Assembly: GCA_913777025.1 (NCBI GenBank)
Contig: CAJYQM010000090.1
Coordinates: 5,800 to 69,799 of the forward strand
Length of the DNA: 64,000 nucleotides
Source of the DNA: an uncultured Massilia sp.
GTDB lineage: Bacteria > Pseudomonadota > Gammaproteobacteria > Burkholderiales > Burkholderiaceae_D
Reading direction: 5' to 3'
Numbering within the stretch: position 1 is the stretch's first letter; every line of letters begins with the position of its first letter. Below, piece after piece: positions 10,336 to 20,155 of this stretch. The position numbers were made by a program, and so were the translations under genes. The notes below the pieces were generated by a model. It did no database searches. It saw nothing but the letters and a program-made list of their open reading frames with translations, and had not been told where the DNA came from.

Positions 10336-11451
10336 ATGAGCAAACTGTTTTCTCCAATCAAGCTGGGTCCGCTCGAGCTGCCCAACCGCATCGTCATCGC
10401 CCCCATGTGCCAGTACTCGGCCGAGGGGGGCTTCCCGACCGACTGGCACATGATCCACCTCGGCCACCTGGCCCTGTCCGGCGCCGCCATGCTGGTGCTG
10501 GAAGCGACCTCGGTGACCGAAGAAGGCCGCATCACCTACGCCGACCTGGGCCTATGGTCGGACGAGCACGCGGCCGCGCTGGAGCCGGTCATCAATGCGA
10601 TGCGCAAGTACGCGCCGATCAAGATCGCCGTGCAGCTGGCCCACGCCGGCCGCAAGGCCTCGAGCGAAGTGCCCTGGCTGGGCGGCGCCAACATCCCGGC
10701 CGGCCATGCGAACGGCTGGCAGACCGTCGCGCCTTCCGCGCTGCCGCATGCGGACGGCGAGACCGTGCCGGAAGCGCTGGACGCCGCCGGCCTGCAGCGC
10801 GTGAAGGACGGCTTCGTGGCCGCCGCGCGCCGCGCCGATGCGCTGGGCCTGGACGCGATCGAGATCCACGGCGCCCACGGTTACCTGCTGCACCAGTTCC
10901 TGTCGCCGCTGTCGAACCAGCGCACCGACGACTATGGCGGCTCGCTGGAAAACCGCATGCGCTTCCCGATCGAAGTGTTCCAGGCGATTTGCGCCGAGGT
11001 CTCGCCGGAGATGGTGGTCGGCATGCGCATCTCGGCCAGCGACTGGGTCGAAGGCGGCTGGGACCTGGAGCAGAGCGTCGTGTTCGCGCAAGCGCTGGAA
11101 AAGCTGGGCTGCCAGTTCATCCACGTCTCCAGCGGCGGCCTGTCGCCGCTGCAGAAGATCCCGGTCGGCCCCGGCTACCAGATCGAATTCGCGGCGCGCG
11201 TCAAGCAGGCCACCGCCATGCCGACCATTGGCGTGGGCCTGATCACGGAAGCCAAGCAGGCCGAGACCATCATCCAGACCGGCCAGGCCGACATGGTGGC
11301 GCTGGCGCGCACCATGCTGTACGACCCGCGCTGGCCGTGGCATGCGGCCGCCGAACTGGGCGCGTCGGTGTCGGCGCCGCCGCAGTACTGGCGTTCGCAG
11401 CCGCACGAGTTCAAGAACCTGTTCGGCGATACGCGCCTGGGCCAGCGCTGA
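10336..11451 (+). CDS. NADH:flavin oxidoreductase, Old Yellow Enzyme (YqjM/NamA-like)
   Basis: PMCQYSA, QLAHAGRKAS, HGAHGYLLHQFLSPLSNQRTDDYGGSLENRMRF. Confidence 0.92.
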   Translation: MSKLFSPIKLGPLELPNRIVIAPMCQYSAEGGFPTDWHMIHLGHLALSGAAMLVLEATSVTEEGRITYADLGLWSDEHAAALEPVINAMRKYAPIKIAVQLAHAGRKASSEVPWLGGANIPAGHANGWQTVAPSALPHADGETVPEALDAAGLQRVKDGFVAAARRADALGLDAIEIHGAHGYLLHQFLSPLSNQRTDDYGGSLENRMRFPIEVFQAICAEVSPEMVVGMRISASDWVEGGWDLEQSVVFAQALEKLGCQFIHVSSGGLSPLQKIPVGPGYQIEFAARVKQATAMPTIGVGLITEAKQAETIIQTGQADMVALARTMLYDPRWPWHAAAELGASVSAPPQYWRSQPHEFKNLFGDTRLGQR

Positions 11452-11566
11452 CCCGCGGCCGCTTACCGTTCATTCCGCGTTTTCGGCAGTCCGTCGCATG
11501 CGGCGGGGCAGGGGCGGGCCGTCTTGTTAGAGTGCCTACATCGAACTCGACAAGAAAAGGCCCGCC

Positions 11567-12442
11567 ATGCGTACCGTCCTCGCCCTCGCACTTTGCGCCA
11601 CCTTCGCCGCCACCCTCGGCGGCTGCGCCATCATCGTCGCCCCGGGCCCGGATGGCGACGTCTCGGTCCACACCCCATTTTCAAAAGGCAGCGTGCAGGG
11701 CGACGGCGTGATCGCGCGCGACCAGCGCATGGTCGGCACGGTACCGGGCCTGGAAGTGAACGGCTCGGTACTGGTCGACGTGCGCGTCGGCCCGGCGACC
11801 TCGCTGGTGGTGGAAGCCGACAGCAACGTGGCGCCGCTGATCCGCACCGAAGTGCGCGGCGACCGCCTGCTCGTCGAAGCGTCGCGCTCGTTCAGCAGCC
11901 GCAATCCGGTGCGCGTGACCTACACCGTGCCGCGCCTGACCGACCTGCGCCACACCGGCTCCGGCCAGCTGTCGGTGCGCGACCTGAACGGCGAACCGCT
12001 GACGCTGGTGCAGAAGGGATCGGGTTCGGTGCTGCTGACCGGCCGCGTGGCCAGCCTCGAAGTGAACAGCGAAGGTTCGGGCAGCGTCGACGCCGCGACC
12101 TTGCAGAGCGCCAGCGCCAGCCTGACCCTGAGCGGGTCCGGGCGCATGAACGTGGGCCAGGTGCGCGGCGATTATGCGATCGCGCGCCTGGATGGGTCGG
12201 GGCAGTTGCGGGTGGCGGGCGCGGTGCGCGCGCTGACCGGACGCTCGACGCGCTCCGGGCACCTGGACCTGTCCGACCTGACCAGCGAACAGGCCGATTT
12301 GAATTCGAGCGGATCGGGCGGGATCACGGCCAAGGTGAAGCAGTGCTTGATCGCGCAGAACGGCGGATCGGGTGGCATCCGCGTGTATGGCAATCCCGCC
12401 CAGATGTCGGTCAGTGGAAAGCCGGTGCAACTGGTGAATTGA
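11567..12442 (+). CDS. Lipoprotein with DUF2807/GIN-type beta-helix repeats
   Basis: Signal peptide with LGGC lipobox; repeated (S)GSG motifs; ends ...GIRVYGNP. Confidence 0.8.
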   Translation: MRTVLALALCATFAATLGGCAIIVAPGPDGDVSVHTPFSKGSVQGDGVIARDQRMVGTVPGLEVNGSVLVDVRVGPATSLVVEADSNVAPLIRTEVRGDRLLVEASRSFSSRNPVRVTYTVPRLTDLRHTGSGQLSVRDLNGEPLTLVQKGSGSVLLTGRVASLEVNSEGSGSVDAATLQSASASLTLSGSGRMNVGQVRGDYAIARLDGSGQLRVAGAVRALTGRSTRSGHLDLSDLTSEQADLNSSGSGGITAKVKQCLIAQNGGSGGIRVYGNPAQMSVSGKPVQLVN

Positions 12443-12447
12443 AGCCG

Positions 12448-12566
12448 GTTGAACGCGTGGAGTGAGGCCGACTAAATGTCGGGCGAACAAGCCGTCCACC
12501 CTACGTACGCGTTACGGGTAGGGTGGACGTGGACGGCGAGTCGGGTTTCCCGTCCACGCGTTCAAC
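12448..12566. repeat. Inverted REP pair (REPIN-like) between convergent genes
   Basis: Outer IR GTTGAACGCGTGGA/TCCACGCGTTCAAC and inner IR CGTCCACCCTAC/GTAGGGTGGACG. Confidence 0.85.
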
Positions 12567-12576
12567 TCACGTTCGA

Positions 12577-13770
12577 TCAGAGCAGGTGGTCGAGCAGTTC
12601 CGGCCCGAACACCTCGCGATGCAGCCGCCCAGCCGGCACACCCGCATTCAGCAAGGCCAGCCACTGCGCCTGCATGAACTTGTGCGGCCCGCACAGGTAG
12701 ACCTCGGCCTGCTCGAGCGGCCAGGCCGGCAGGCGTGCCACATCCATGCGGCCTTCGATCGCTCCCTCGGCGCCCTGCGGGTCTTCATGGAAATTCACGA
12801 CCGACAGATTCGGCATCGCCACCTTCAGGCGCTCGACCTCGGTGTGGAAGGCATGATGGCCCGGGTCGCGCGCCGCATGCGCGAACACCACCTGGCGCTG
12901 CGGATGCACCTCGGCGATCCGCTTGAGGCTGGAGACCATCGGCGTGATGCCGACGCCGGCCGACAGCAGCACGATCGGGCCTTCGCCTTCGGTGTCCGGC
13001 GTGAAGTCGCCGAACGGGTGCGACACCTGCAGGATCGAGCCCACCTGCACGTTCGCATGCAGCCAGTTCGAGATCTCCCCGGCTGGGGTGTCGGCCAATG
13101 CGTCTTCGCGCTTTACGGAAATGCGCAAGCTGTCCGCGCCCGGCACGTCGGACAGGCTGTACTGGCGCAGCTGGTGCCGGCCATCCGGCAAATCGACGGC
13201 GACGCTGACATACTGGCCTGGCTTGAAGCCCGGGAGCGGCTTGCCGTCCGCGGCCACGAAACGGATCGACAGCACGTTGGCGCTTTCGCGCACCACCTCA
13301 AGCACGCGCATCGGGCGGGTCTCGCCCGGCTGGATGCCGGCGGTGCTGTACAGCTCCGCTTCGGCCGCGATCAGGAGTTTGGCCAGCGAGTTATAGGCTT
13401 CGGCCCAGGCGTCCAGCAGGGCCGGCGTGGCGGCGTCGCCGAGGGTGGCGGCGATCGCCTCGAGCAAGTGCTTGCCAACGATCGGGTAGTGCTCGGCGCG
13501 GATGCCGACCGAGACGTGCTTGTGGACGATGCGATTGACCACCGGGCCGAGCGCTTGCGGGGTGCCGATATTGGCCGCGTAAGCGAACACTGCCGACGCC
13601 AGCGACTGCTGCTGCGCCCCGCTGGCCTGGTTGCCCATGTTGAAGATGCGGGTCAGCTCGGGATGCGCGCCCAGCATGTTCGAATAAAACAGACGGGTGA
13701 TGGCCAGGCCGTGTTCGCGCAGTACCGGGACGCTGGCGTCGATATAGGGGCGGGAAGCTTCGGAGATCAT
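12577..13770 (-). CDS. hmp: Flavohemoglobin (NO dioxygenase)
   Basis: Globin domain (FNMGNQ, HKHVSVGI, HYPIVG), RQYSLS FAD motif, GVGITP and YLCGP NAD motifs. Confidence 0.95.
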   Translation of the reverse strand: MISEASRPYIDASVPVLREHGLAITRLFYSNMLGAHPELTRIFNMGNQASGAQQQSLASAVFAYAANIGTPQALGPVVNRIVHKHVSVGIRAEHYPIVGKHLLEAIAATLGDAATPALLDAWAEAYNSLAKLLIAAEAELYSTAGIQPGETRPMRVLEVVRESANVLSIRFVAADGKPLPGFKPGQYVSVAVDLPDGRHQLRQYSLSDVPGADSLRISVKREDALADTPAGEISNWLHANVQVGSILQVSHPFGDFTPDTEGEGPIVLLSAGVGITPMVSSLKRIAEVHPQRQVVFAHAARDPGHHAFHTEVERLKVAMPNLSVVNFHEDPQGAEGAIEGRMDVARLPAWPLEQAEVYLCGPHKFMQAQWLALLNAGVPAGRLHREVFGPELLDHLL

Positions 13771-13782
13771 GTCGTTTCCTTA

Positions 13783-13805
13783 ATGGTGCATTTCAAATGC
13801 ATATT
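13783..13805. promoter_or_regulatory. NsrR operator upstream of hmp
   Basis: TGCATTT-C-AAATGCA perfect 7-1-7 palindrome matching the NsrR box, just upstream of the hmp RBS. Confidence 0.85.
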
Positions 13806-13858
13806 TAAAGTTCAAAAAAAGGCCCGCAGAGCGAGCGCTTACTCATAGGCAATACCGC

Positions 13859-14335
13859 TTATGCGGCGGTATCGCCGGTATCCTTGTTTCCAGCCCAGAA
13901 CATCCGGTGCATGCGGATGACTTGTTCGCCAGTTGCGCCCGCGGTGGCATCGGCCAGCGTGAAGCGGTCCATCGCCTCGTAGAAGGCGCGCATCCCGGCG
14001 CGCAGCATGCCACGCAGTTGGCAATCCATTTTCAGGGCGCAATTACTGCCTTCGCAGTCGATCAGTTCATCCTCGTCGCCTTCGAGCTTGCGCAAGACCT
14101 GGCCAATGGTGAGCGTCGCCGGATCTGCCGCCAGGCGCAAGCCGCCGTTGCGTCCACGCATCGACTTCACCCAGCCCAGCTTGGCCAGCTGGCCAACCAC
14201 TTTGACCAGGTGGTTCAAGGGAAGGTCGAACTGCGCACCGATCTCGGCCACCGTCACAGGGTGGACCCGTTCGCCCGCACGCTCCAGATAGATCAGGACG
14301 CGCAGGCCAATGTCGGAAAAGCGGGTGAGGCGCAT
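13859..14335 (-). CDS. nsrR: Rrf2-family NO-sensing repressor
   Basis: MRLTRFSDIGLRVLIYL, RGRNGGLRL, three Cys (LIDC..NC..DC); adjacent to hmp. Confidence 0.9.
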   Translation of the reverse strand: MRLTRFSDIGLRVLIYLERAGERVHPVTVAEIGAQFDLPLNHLVKVVGQLAKLGWVKSMRGRNGGLRLAADPATLTIGQVLRKLEGDEDELIDCEGSNCALKMDCQLRGMLRAGMRAFYEAMDRFTLADATAGATGEQVIRMHRMFWAGNKDTGDTAA

Positions 14336-14367
14336 CGTATCGGCTCGCTGGAAACAGGATTATTCTA

Positions 14368-14398
14368 CCTAAACCTGCATCGAAAATGCAGATTTAGG
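14368..14398. promoter_or_regulatory. Second NsrR-like operator upstream of nsrR
   Basis: CCTAAAcCTGCATcgaaaATGCAGaTTTAGG, same TGCAT-N5-ATGCA core. Confidence 0.7.
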
Positions 14399-14496
14399 GA
14401 AACTATTTTTTTCCTGCATTGAAGATCAACCTATAATCGCGAGTTTGAGGCTGAGATGCACAGCCTGTTCCTATTAGTGCGACCAGAGGATACGCC

Positions 14497-15996
14497 GTGA
14501 AGCAGACATTGGGCCAAAAGCTCTTTCGAACCAAAACGTCCGGACACAAGCAGGACGAAGGCCATGGCGGTGGCCTGGGCCGCAGCCTGGGCCTGTTCCC
14601 GCTGACCATGATCGGCGTCGGCGCCACCATCGGCACCGGCATCTTCTTCACGATGGTCGAGGCGGTCCCCAAGGCCGGCCCGGCGGTCGTACTGTCCTTC
14701 CTGTTCGCCGCGATCACCGCCGGCCTGACCGCGCTGTGCTACGCCGAACTGGCCAACCGCGTGCCGGCCTCCGGCTCGTCCTATTCCTTCGCCTACGCGA
14801 CGGTGGGCGAGTTTGCCGCCTTCGTCGTCGCCGCCTGCCTGTTGTTGGAGTATGGCCTGGCGGCCAGCGCCACCGCGATCGGCTGGTCGGACTACTTGAA
14901 TAATTTCTTGCAGAACGCGATCGGCTGGCAGATCCCGACCGTGCTGCGCTCGCCGATGATCGTGTCGGGTGCGCACGGCATCGAATTCCACGCCGGCCAC
15001 GTCAATCTGCCGCCGATCCTGCTGGTGATCCTGTGCTGCGTGCTGCTGGTACGCGGCACGAAGGAATCGGCCACCACCAATGCCATCATGGTCGTGATCA
15101 AGCTGGCCATCCTGGTGTTCTTCGCCGCGATCGCCCTGACCGGCTTTGACGTGAACAACTTCCACCCCTTCTTCGCGTCCCCGGACAGCCATGGCGCCGG
15201 CGGCATGGCCGGCGTGACGGCGGCGGCGGGCACCGTGTTCTTCTCCTTCATCGGCATCGACACCATCGCCACCGCCGGCGAGGAAACCCGCAACCCGACG
15301 CGCGACGTGCCGCTCGGGATCCTGGCCGCGCTCATCATCGTGACCGTGTTCTACATGCTGGTGGCGATTGCCGCCATGGGCGCCCAGCCGGCCCACATGT
15401 TCGCGGGCCAGGAAGCCGGGCTCGCCGTCATCCTGCAGAACGTGACCGGCAAGGCCTGGCCGGCGCTGGTGCTGTCGGGCGGCGCGGTCATTTCCGTGTT
15501 CTCGGTGACGCTGGTGACGATCTACGGGCAGACCCGCATCCTGTACGCGATCGCGAAGGATGGCCTGATCCCGAAGGCCTTCCACAAGGTCAATCCGCGC
15601 ACCCAGTCGCCGATCACCAATACCGTGATCGTCAGCCTCGTGGTCGGCGTCGTCGCCGGCCTGGTCGACTCCACCTTCCTGTGGGACATGGTGAGCATGG
15701 GCACGCTGGTCGCTTTCATCGTGGTCTCGATCGCCGTGCCGGTGATCCGCCGCAAGCAGGGAGAAACGGGCCGCAAGGGGGAAACCGGGCGAGGTTTCCG
15801 CGTGCCTTTCGGTCCCTACCTGGTGCCGGGCCTGTCGATCCTGGCCTGCCTGTACCTGGTGCATGGCTTGTCGACCATCACCTATACCGTGTTCGCGATC
15901 TGGATGACGGTGGCGATCCTGACCTACTTCGGCTATGGCATCCGTCACAGCCGCATGAACAAGAGCGATGCGTCCCAGGCCGAACTGACGCACTGA
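14497..15996 (+). CDS. APC-family amino acid permease
   Basis: GATIGTGIF, CYAELA, GSSYSF, FFSFIGID; about 12 hydrophobic helices; GTG start. Confidence 0.92.
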   Translation: MKQTLGQKLFRTKTSGHKQDEGHGGGLGRSLGLFPLTMIGVGATIGTGIFFTMVEAVPKAGPAVVLSFLFAAITAGLTALCYAELANRVPASGSSYSFAYATVGEFAAFVVAACLLLEYGLAASATAIGWSDYLNNFLQNAIGWQIPTVLRSPMIVSGAHGIEFHAGHVNLPPILLVILCCVLLVRGTKESATTNAIMVVIKLAILVFFAAIALTGFDVNNFHPFFASPDSHGAGGMAGVTAAAGTVFFSFIGIDTIATAGEETRNPTRDVPLGILAALIIVTVFYMLVAIAAMGAQPAHMFAGQEAGLAVILQNVTGKAWPALVLSGGAVISVFSVTLVTIYGQTRILYAIAKDGLIPKAFHKVNPRTQSPITNTVIVSLVVGVVAGLVDSTFLWDMVSMGTLVAFIVVSIAVPVIRRKQGETGRKGETGRGFRVPFGPYLVPGLSILACLYLVHGLSTITYTVFAIWMTVAILTYFGYGIRHSRMNKSDASQAELTH

Positions 15997-16090
15997 GAGC
16001 CGATCGATCAACCGGGTGAGCGATATCCCATGCGCCCACCCGGCCCGGGTCCCCACTCCTATAATGCTTCCGCCATCCCATGGAGGAAGC

Positions 16091-18043
16091 ATGTCCCGTT
16101 TGCTGCAGTGCCTGGCGGCGTTCGCCGTCTCCGCGTCGTGCCTCGCCGGTGCGGCTGCCCAGGTCGCCCCACCCAGTCCATCCGCGCCGTCCGCTGCATC
16201 CGTCCAGGCGCCGCGCCCCAAGTGGCAGGTCGATGCCTGGCTGATGACTTCCTTCCGCGGCAGCGGCGACGGCCTGCACCTGGCCGTCAGCGAGGATGGC
16301 AAGACCTGGCGTGACCTCGGCCGCAACTTCCTGAAACCCGGCGTCGGCAGTGGCCTGATGCGCGACCCGCACCTGCTGCGCGGCCCGGACGGCATATTCC
16401 GCCTGGTCTGGACCACGGGCTGGAAGGACAAGGGCATCGGCTACGCGTCCTCGACCGACCTGGTGAACTGGTCCGAGCAAAAATACCTGCCGCTGTTCGA
16501 GGACGTGCCGGGCACCAGGACCGCCTGGGCGCCGGAAACCGTGTACGACGAGAAGAGCGGCCAGTACGTGATCACCTGGTCGTCCGACATCGAGGGGCGC
16601 TTCCCGCAGACGGCCTCAAACGACCGGATGAACCACCGCACCTATTACGTCACCACGCGCGACTTCCAGACCTTCAGCAAGCCGCAACCGCTGCTCGACC
16701 CCGGCTTCGACCACATCGACACCACGCTGAACCGGTTCGGCGACAAGTGGATCGCCGTGTTCAAGGAAGGCGACCAGCAAAAGAAAAAGATCTGGGGCGC
16801 GCTGCGCTATGCGGTGGCCGACAATGTGCTGGGACCGTACACCGTGATGCCGGCGCCGCTCGTGCGCGAGCGTGCCGAAGGGCCGACGCTGATGCGTGCC
16901 GGTGACAAGACCCGCCTGTTCGTCGATTTTTATTCCGGCGGCCACTACGGCGTGTACGAGACCGCCGACTGGAAGACCTGGACCGACGTGTCCGGCGAAG
17001 TCAGCGTGGTGAAAGGCCAGCGCCACGGCACCATCCTGTGGGTGCCGCCCTGGCTGGCCAGGAACCTGGAGACGGCGCAGCCCTCGGGCGCGGCGGCCGC
17101 GCCGCAGCCGGTGCCGCCGCCGATCCTCGAGGGTTTCACGGCGGACCCTTCCATCCGCGTCTTCGGCGACACCTATTATGTCTACCCGACCTCCGACAAG
17201 CCGAACTGGCAGACCACGGACTTTTCGGTCTGGAGTTCGAAGAACCTGGTCGACTGGAAGAAGGAAAGGATGGTGCTGGACGTGGCCCACGACCTCAAGT
17301 GGGCCAACATCGAAGCCTGGGCACCGGATGCGATCGAGCGAAACGGACAATACTATTTCTACTTTTGCGCGGCCCAGCGCATCGGCGTGGCCACGTCACG
17401 CAGCCCGCTCGGCCCCTTCGTCGACGCCCTCGGCAAGCCGCTGATCGAGAAGGGCAGCGGGGTGCAGACCAATACCATCGACCCCTATCCCTTCATCGAC
17501 GACGATGGCCAGGCCTACCTCTACTACGGCAACGGCAAGATCGCGAATGTCTACAAACTGAAACCGGACATGGTGACGCTGGACGGTCCGCCGGCCGGCA
17601 TCCCGCTGCCGCAGTTCCGCGAGGGGATCGTGGTGTTCAAGCGAGGCGGAAAGTACTACTTCATGTGGTCGATCGACGATGCGCGCAGCCCGGATTACCG
17701 GGTCGGCTGGGGCGTGGCCGATTCGCCGCTGGGGCCGGTGCGTTCGCCCGAGAATGACTTCATCGTGCTGCAGAAGCACGGCGCCGCGGTGGGCACCGCC
17801 CACCACAGCGTGGTGAATGTGCCGGGCACCGACCGCTGGTACGTGGCCTACCACCGACACGCGCTGCCGCAGGGCGGCGGCTACCAGCGCCAGACGGCGC
17901 TGGCGCGGATGACTTTCGACGCCGCCGGGAACATCGAGCCGATGGACCCGCTGGCGGCGCCGTTCAAGCCGGGCGACCGCGGCGAACCGCTCGTCAACGG
18001 CCGCGCCCCGGTAGGGTGGAAGGCTCCGCCGTCCACGCGGTGA
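16091..18043 (+). CDS. Secreted protein with two GH43 beta-propeller domains
   Basis: Signal peptide after GGAGG SD; domain 1 MRDP..WAPE..HIDT..EGP; domain 2 ADP..WAPD..IDP..REG..HHSVV. Confidence 0.85.
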   Translation: MSRLLQCLAAFAVSASCLAGAAAQVAPPSPSAPSAASVQAPRPKWQVDAWLMTSFRGSGDGLHLAVSEDGKTWRDLGRNFLKPGVGSGLMRDPHLLRGPDGIFRLVWTTGWKDKGIGYASSTDLVNWSEQKYLPLFEDVPGTRTAWAPETVYDEKSGQYVITWSSDIEGRFPQTASNDRMNHRTYYVTTRDFQTFSKPQPLLDPGFDHIDTTLNRFGDKWIAVFKEGDQQKKKIWGALRYAVADNVLGPYTVMPAPLVRERAEGPTLMRAGDKTRLFVDFYSGGHYGVYETADWKTWTDVSGEVSVVKGQRHGTILWVPPWLARNLETAQPSGAAAAPQPVPPPILEGFTADPSIRVFGDTYYVYPTSDKPNWQTTDFSVWSSKNLVDWKKERMVLDVAHDLKWANIEAWAPDAIERNGQYYFYFCAAQRIGVATSRSPLGPFVDALGKPLIEKGSGVQTNTIDPYPFIDDDGQAYLYYGNGKIANVYKLKPDMVTLDGPPAGIPLPQFREGIVVFKRGGKYYFMWSIDDARSPDYRVGWGVADSPLGPVRSPENDFIVLQKHGAAVGTAHHSVVNVPGTDRWYVAYHRHALPQGGGYQRQTALARMTFDAAGNIEPMDPLAAPFKPGDRGEPLVNGRAPVGWKAPPSTR

Positions 18044-18082
18044 TACACGTCGGTTCCGATCTCGCGCACGATAACGGAGCCG
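18011..18082 (+). repeat. REP plus associated hairpin overlapping the GH43 gene 3' end
   Basis: GTAGGGTGGAAGGctccGCCGTCCACGCGGTGA; near-identical copy at 49675. Confidence 0.85.
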
Positions 18083-18097
18083 CCGACAATCGCCGGA

Positions 18098-19198
18098 TCA
18101 GCGCGCCATGCGGTAGCGTTCCAGCCAGTGCGCGTACGGCGCCGGCAGCACCCAGGTCGGCTTCTCCACGCCCAGTTCCTTGGCGGCCTGCAGCGGGTAG
18201 TGCGGATCGGCCAGGTGGGCGCGGCCGACCATCACCAGGTCCAGCTGCTCGCCTGCGACGGCGTTTTCCGCCAGTTGCGGGCCGTCGAAACCCCAGGCCG
18301 AAGCGACCGGCAGGCCGGCTTCGTTGCGCACGCGCTTGGCGATGTCGCCCAGGAAGGCCGGGCCCCATGGGATGCTGGTTTCGGCGATGGTGAAGCCGAC
18401 GCTGACGCTCAGCATGTCCAGGCCGCGCGCGCGCATCTGGCGCACCAGTTCGATCGATTCGGCCAGGGTTTCTTCATCGTTGCCGTCGTATTCGAGGACG
18501 CCGAAACGGGCGGTCAGCGGCAGGTTCTGCGGCCAGACTTCACGCACGGCGGCCAATGTCTCGAGCAGGAAGCGGCTGCGGCCGGCGAAATCGCCGCCAT
18601 ACTGGTCGGTGCGCTTGTTCGAGTGCTTCGAGAAGAAGCTCTGGCCCAGGTAGCCGTGGGCAAAGTGCAGTTCCAGCCATTCGAAACCGGCGGCCAGCGC
18701 GCGCTTGGCGGCGGCCACGAAATCGGCTTTCACGCGGGCGATGTCGTCCAGCGTCATCTCTTTGGGGACTTTCGGCAGGCTGTGGCCGTAGGCGATCGCC
18801 GACGGGGCGATGGTGTCCCAGCCGTAGGGCGCGTCGGACGGGATGTGGTCGTCGCCTTCCCACGGACGGTTGGCGCTGGCCTTGCGGCCGGCGTGGCCGA
18901 TCTGGATGCCGGGAACGGCGCCGGCGGCCTTGATGCGGGTCGCGATGTGGGCCATGCCTTCGACTTGCGCGTCATTCCACAGGCCGGCGCAACCCGGGGT
19001 GATGCGGCCTTCCGGCGAGACGGCGGTCGCTTCGACGATCACCAGGCCGGCACCGCCGCGCGCGATGCCGGCGTAGTGGACCTGGTGCCATTCATTGACG
19101 AAACCGTCGTTGGCCTGGTACTGGCACATCGGCGGCACGGCGATGCGGTTGCGCAGGGTGACGTCCTTGAGTTTGAAGGGAGTAAACAGGGCTGACAT
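18098..19198 (-). CDS. xenA: Xenobiotic reductase A-type Old Yellow Enzyme
   Basis: PPMCQY, HFAHGYLGQSFFS and C-terminal LPAPYAHWLERYR as in XenA. Confidence 0.88.
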   Translation of the reverse strand: MSALFTPFKLKDVTLRNRIAVPPMCQYQANDGFVNEWHQVHYAGIARGGAGLVIVEATAVSPEGRITPGCAGLWNDAQVEGMAHIATRIKAAGAVPGIQIGHAGRKASANRPWEGDDHIPSDAPYGWDTIAPSAIAYGHSLPKVPKEMTLDDIARVKADFVAAAKRALAAGFEWLELHFAHGYLGQSFFSKHSNKRTDQYGGDFAGRSRFLLETLAAVREVWPQNLPLTARFGVLEYDGNDEETLAESIELVRQMRARGLDMLSVSVGFTIAETSIPWGPAFLGDIAKRVRNEAGLPVASAWGFDGPQLAENAVAGEQLDLVMVGRAHLADPHYPLQAAKELGVEKPTWVLPAPYAHWLERYRMAR

Positions 19199-19324
19199 GT
19201 AAAGAATCCGAGCTTTCGTGTTGAAGATACAAGGTCAAGCCGCGGTCTGCGCCGCGGCGGGCCGGCCAGTATAAGAGGATCGCGTAAAGCTTGCTGGCGG
19301 GCCCTAAATTCTGGAAATGTTCCC

Positions 19325-20064
19325 GGTCCACTCCTGATCCGGCGCCCACGCCAGCTCGAACCGACCCCGGCGGGCAGGGCGCTGCTCGATTATTGTGCAG
19401 GTCGACAGACGCCTGCAATCGCGCCTCACCCACGCCGAAGCCGACGGCGGCGAAGTCAGCCCGATCACGCCGGGAAGCATCGGGCTGGCGTTGTATCCGC
19501 TGCTGCTGGACCTGCAGCAGGCGCATCCCGGCCTGGTGATCCGGCACCGCTTTGCGCCGGATCCTGAAACCCGCGGCGCCGTTTTGCAGATCAGGTATGA
19601 GCTGGGGCTGGTCACCTTGAAACTCGACGATCTGCACCTGGCTGTCGAACCTTTCATCGATGAACCGCTGGAACTGATCTTGCCGGCTGCCGCTGCGGCG
19701 GACGACTGGGACGCGCTGGCAAGGCTGGGTTTCATCAACCATCCGGACGGCCAGGCGATGGCCACGCGTCTGCTCAACCGGCGCTTTCCCGGCAAGCCGG
19801 GCGTGCGTTGCCGCTGCACGGCTTCATCAACCAGATCGGCCTGATCCTGGAACCGGGGCGCGCGGGCTGGGTTTCAAGGTGTTACCGCGTCATGCGCGGC
19901 TGGCATTCGCAAGAAAGGAGGCGATCCGGGTGGTGGAGGGTGATCAGGCCGTGGTCGACCATTTGTGGCTGATTTATCGATCTGAATGGCCTTTATCGGC
20001 GCGTGCGCAGCGGGTGGTGGCGCATATCCGGCGAACTTGGGGCATTGGCAATCATCATGGTTGA
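19325..20064 (+). pseudogene. LysR-family regulator remnant (HTH missing, frameshifted)
   Basis: GPLLIRRPRQLEPTPAGRALLDYC in one frame, ITPGSIGLALYPLLL..GFINHPDG in another, LPRHAR..LWLIYR..LSARA in a later segment; no upstream HTH or start. Confidence 0.8.
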
Positions 20065-20155
20065 TATTGGCTGGACGAGCGCGAAGTCCTGCTTAGCCGT
20101 TCGCTTGAACTGCTCTTGAATGCGTAGGAATTTTTCTTCAAGTAGCTACTGATAT

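Noticed and set aside
11532-11546. GTGCCtacatCGAAC as a fourth CRP-like site
   Set aside because: Spacer is 5 nt, one half-site mismatches, and no -10 lies at the expected distance
15760-15795. GETGRK/GETGRG short duplication in the permease loop
   Set aside because: Small in-frame loop duplication with no sign of function
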